Origin: an uncultured archaeon | Lineage (GTDB): Archaea; Asgardarchaeota; Jordiarchaeia; Jordiarchaeales; Jordiarchaeaceae | Reading direction: 5' to 3' | Assembly: GCA_964510585.1 (NCBI GenBank) | Contig: CAZECW010000133.1 | Span: 1 to 5,321, forward strand | DNA length: 5,321 bases | Part shown: piece after piece, positions 5,232 through 5,321 of the stretch | Layout: the number at the start of each line of letters is the position of its first letter | Numbering within the stretch: position 1 is the first letter of the stretch | Position numbers and translations under genes: made by a program | The notes under the pieces: generated by a model | Database searches by the model: none | Seen by the model: only the letters and a program-made list of their open reading frames with translations | What the model was told of the DNA's origin: nothing

Positions 5232-5321
5232 ATGGAACGACAGATTGTTGAGTGTAAGACGAGTTTTAGTGCATGCCCCCTTTGCGGGGCTCCCCTCGTG
5301 AAGAAGTACAACTGCAACCCT
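5232..5321 (+). CDS. Partial (3'-truncated by window) protein with CPxCG zinc-ribbon knuckle: MERQIVECKTSFSACPLCGAPLVKKYNCNP...
   Basis: ATG at 5232, 30 open codons to the window edge, CPLCG motif plus two more Cys. A TATA-like box at leaderless spacing lies upstream. Function cannot be assigned from 30 aa. Confidence 0.6.
   Translation, partial: MERQIVECKTSFSACPLCGAPLVKKYNCNP

Noticed and set aside
5275-5290. GC hairpin GCCCC-N6-GGGGC
   Set aside because: It lies inside the CPLCGA codons of the 5232 ORF and has no following T-tract, so it is not a terminator.

Overview
AT-rich window, probably archaeal: a GAGGTGA Shine-Dalgarno sits ahead of a TTG start, TATA-like boxes lie at archaeal spacing, and the HtpX N-terminus looks archaeal. 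Two long genes converge. One is a P2A-type (SERCA-like, probable Ca2+) P-type ATPase (727-3456, +). The other is an HtpX-like M48 zinc protease (3493-4728, -) carrying a canonical EF-hand loop (DLDKDGTLDEKE) in its catalytic region and a ~70-aa insertion between its first two TM helices. An EF-hand membrane protease next to a probable Ca2+ pump suggests a possible Ca2+-coupled proteolysis/homeostasis module; this is a hypothesis. 439 bp upstream of htpX is a second, diverged copy of the htpX start region (TATA-like box, SD, TTG and MGRLTKLKSRMCVS, 5063-5167) that the ORF track misses. A CPLCG zinc-ribbon ORF starts at 5232 and runs off the window. A weakly supported 70-aa ORF lies at the left end. 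No rRNA, tRNA, CRISPR array or complete mobile element was seen.
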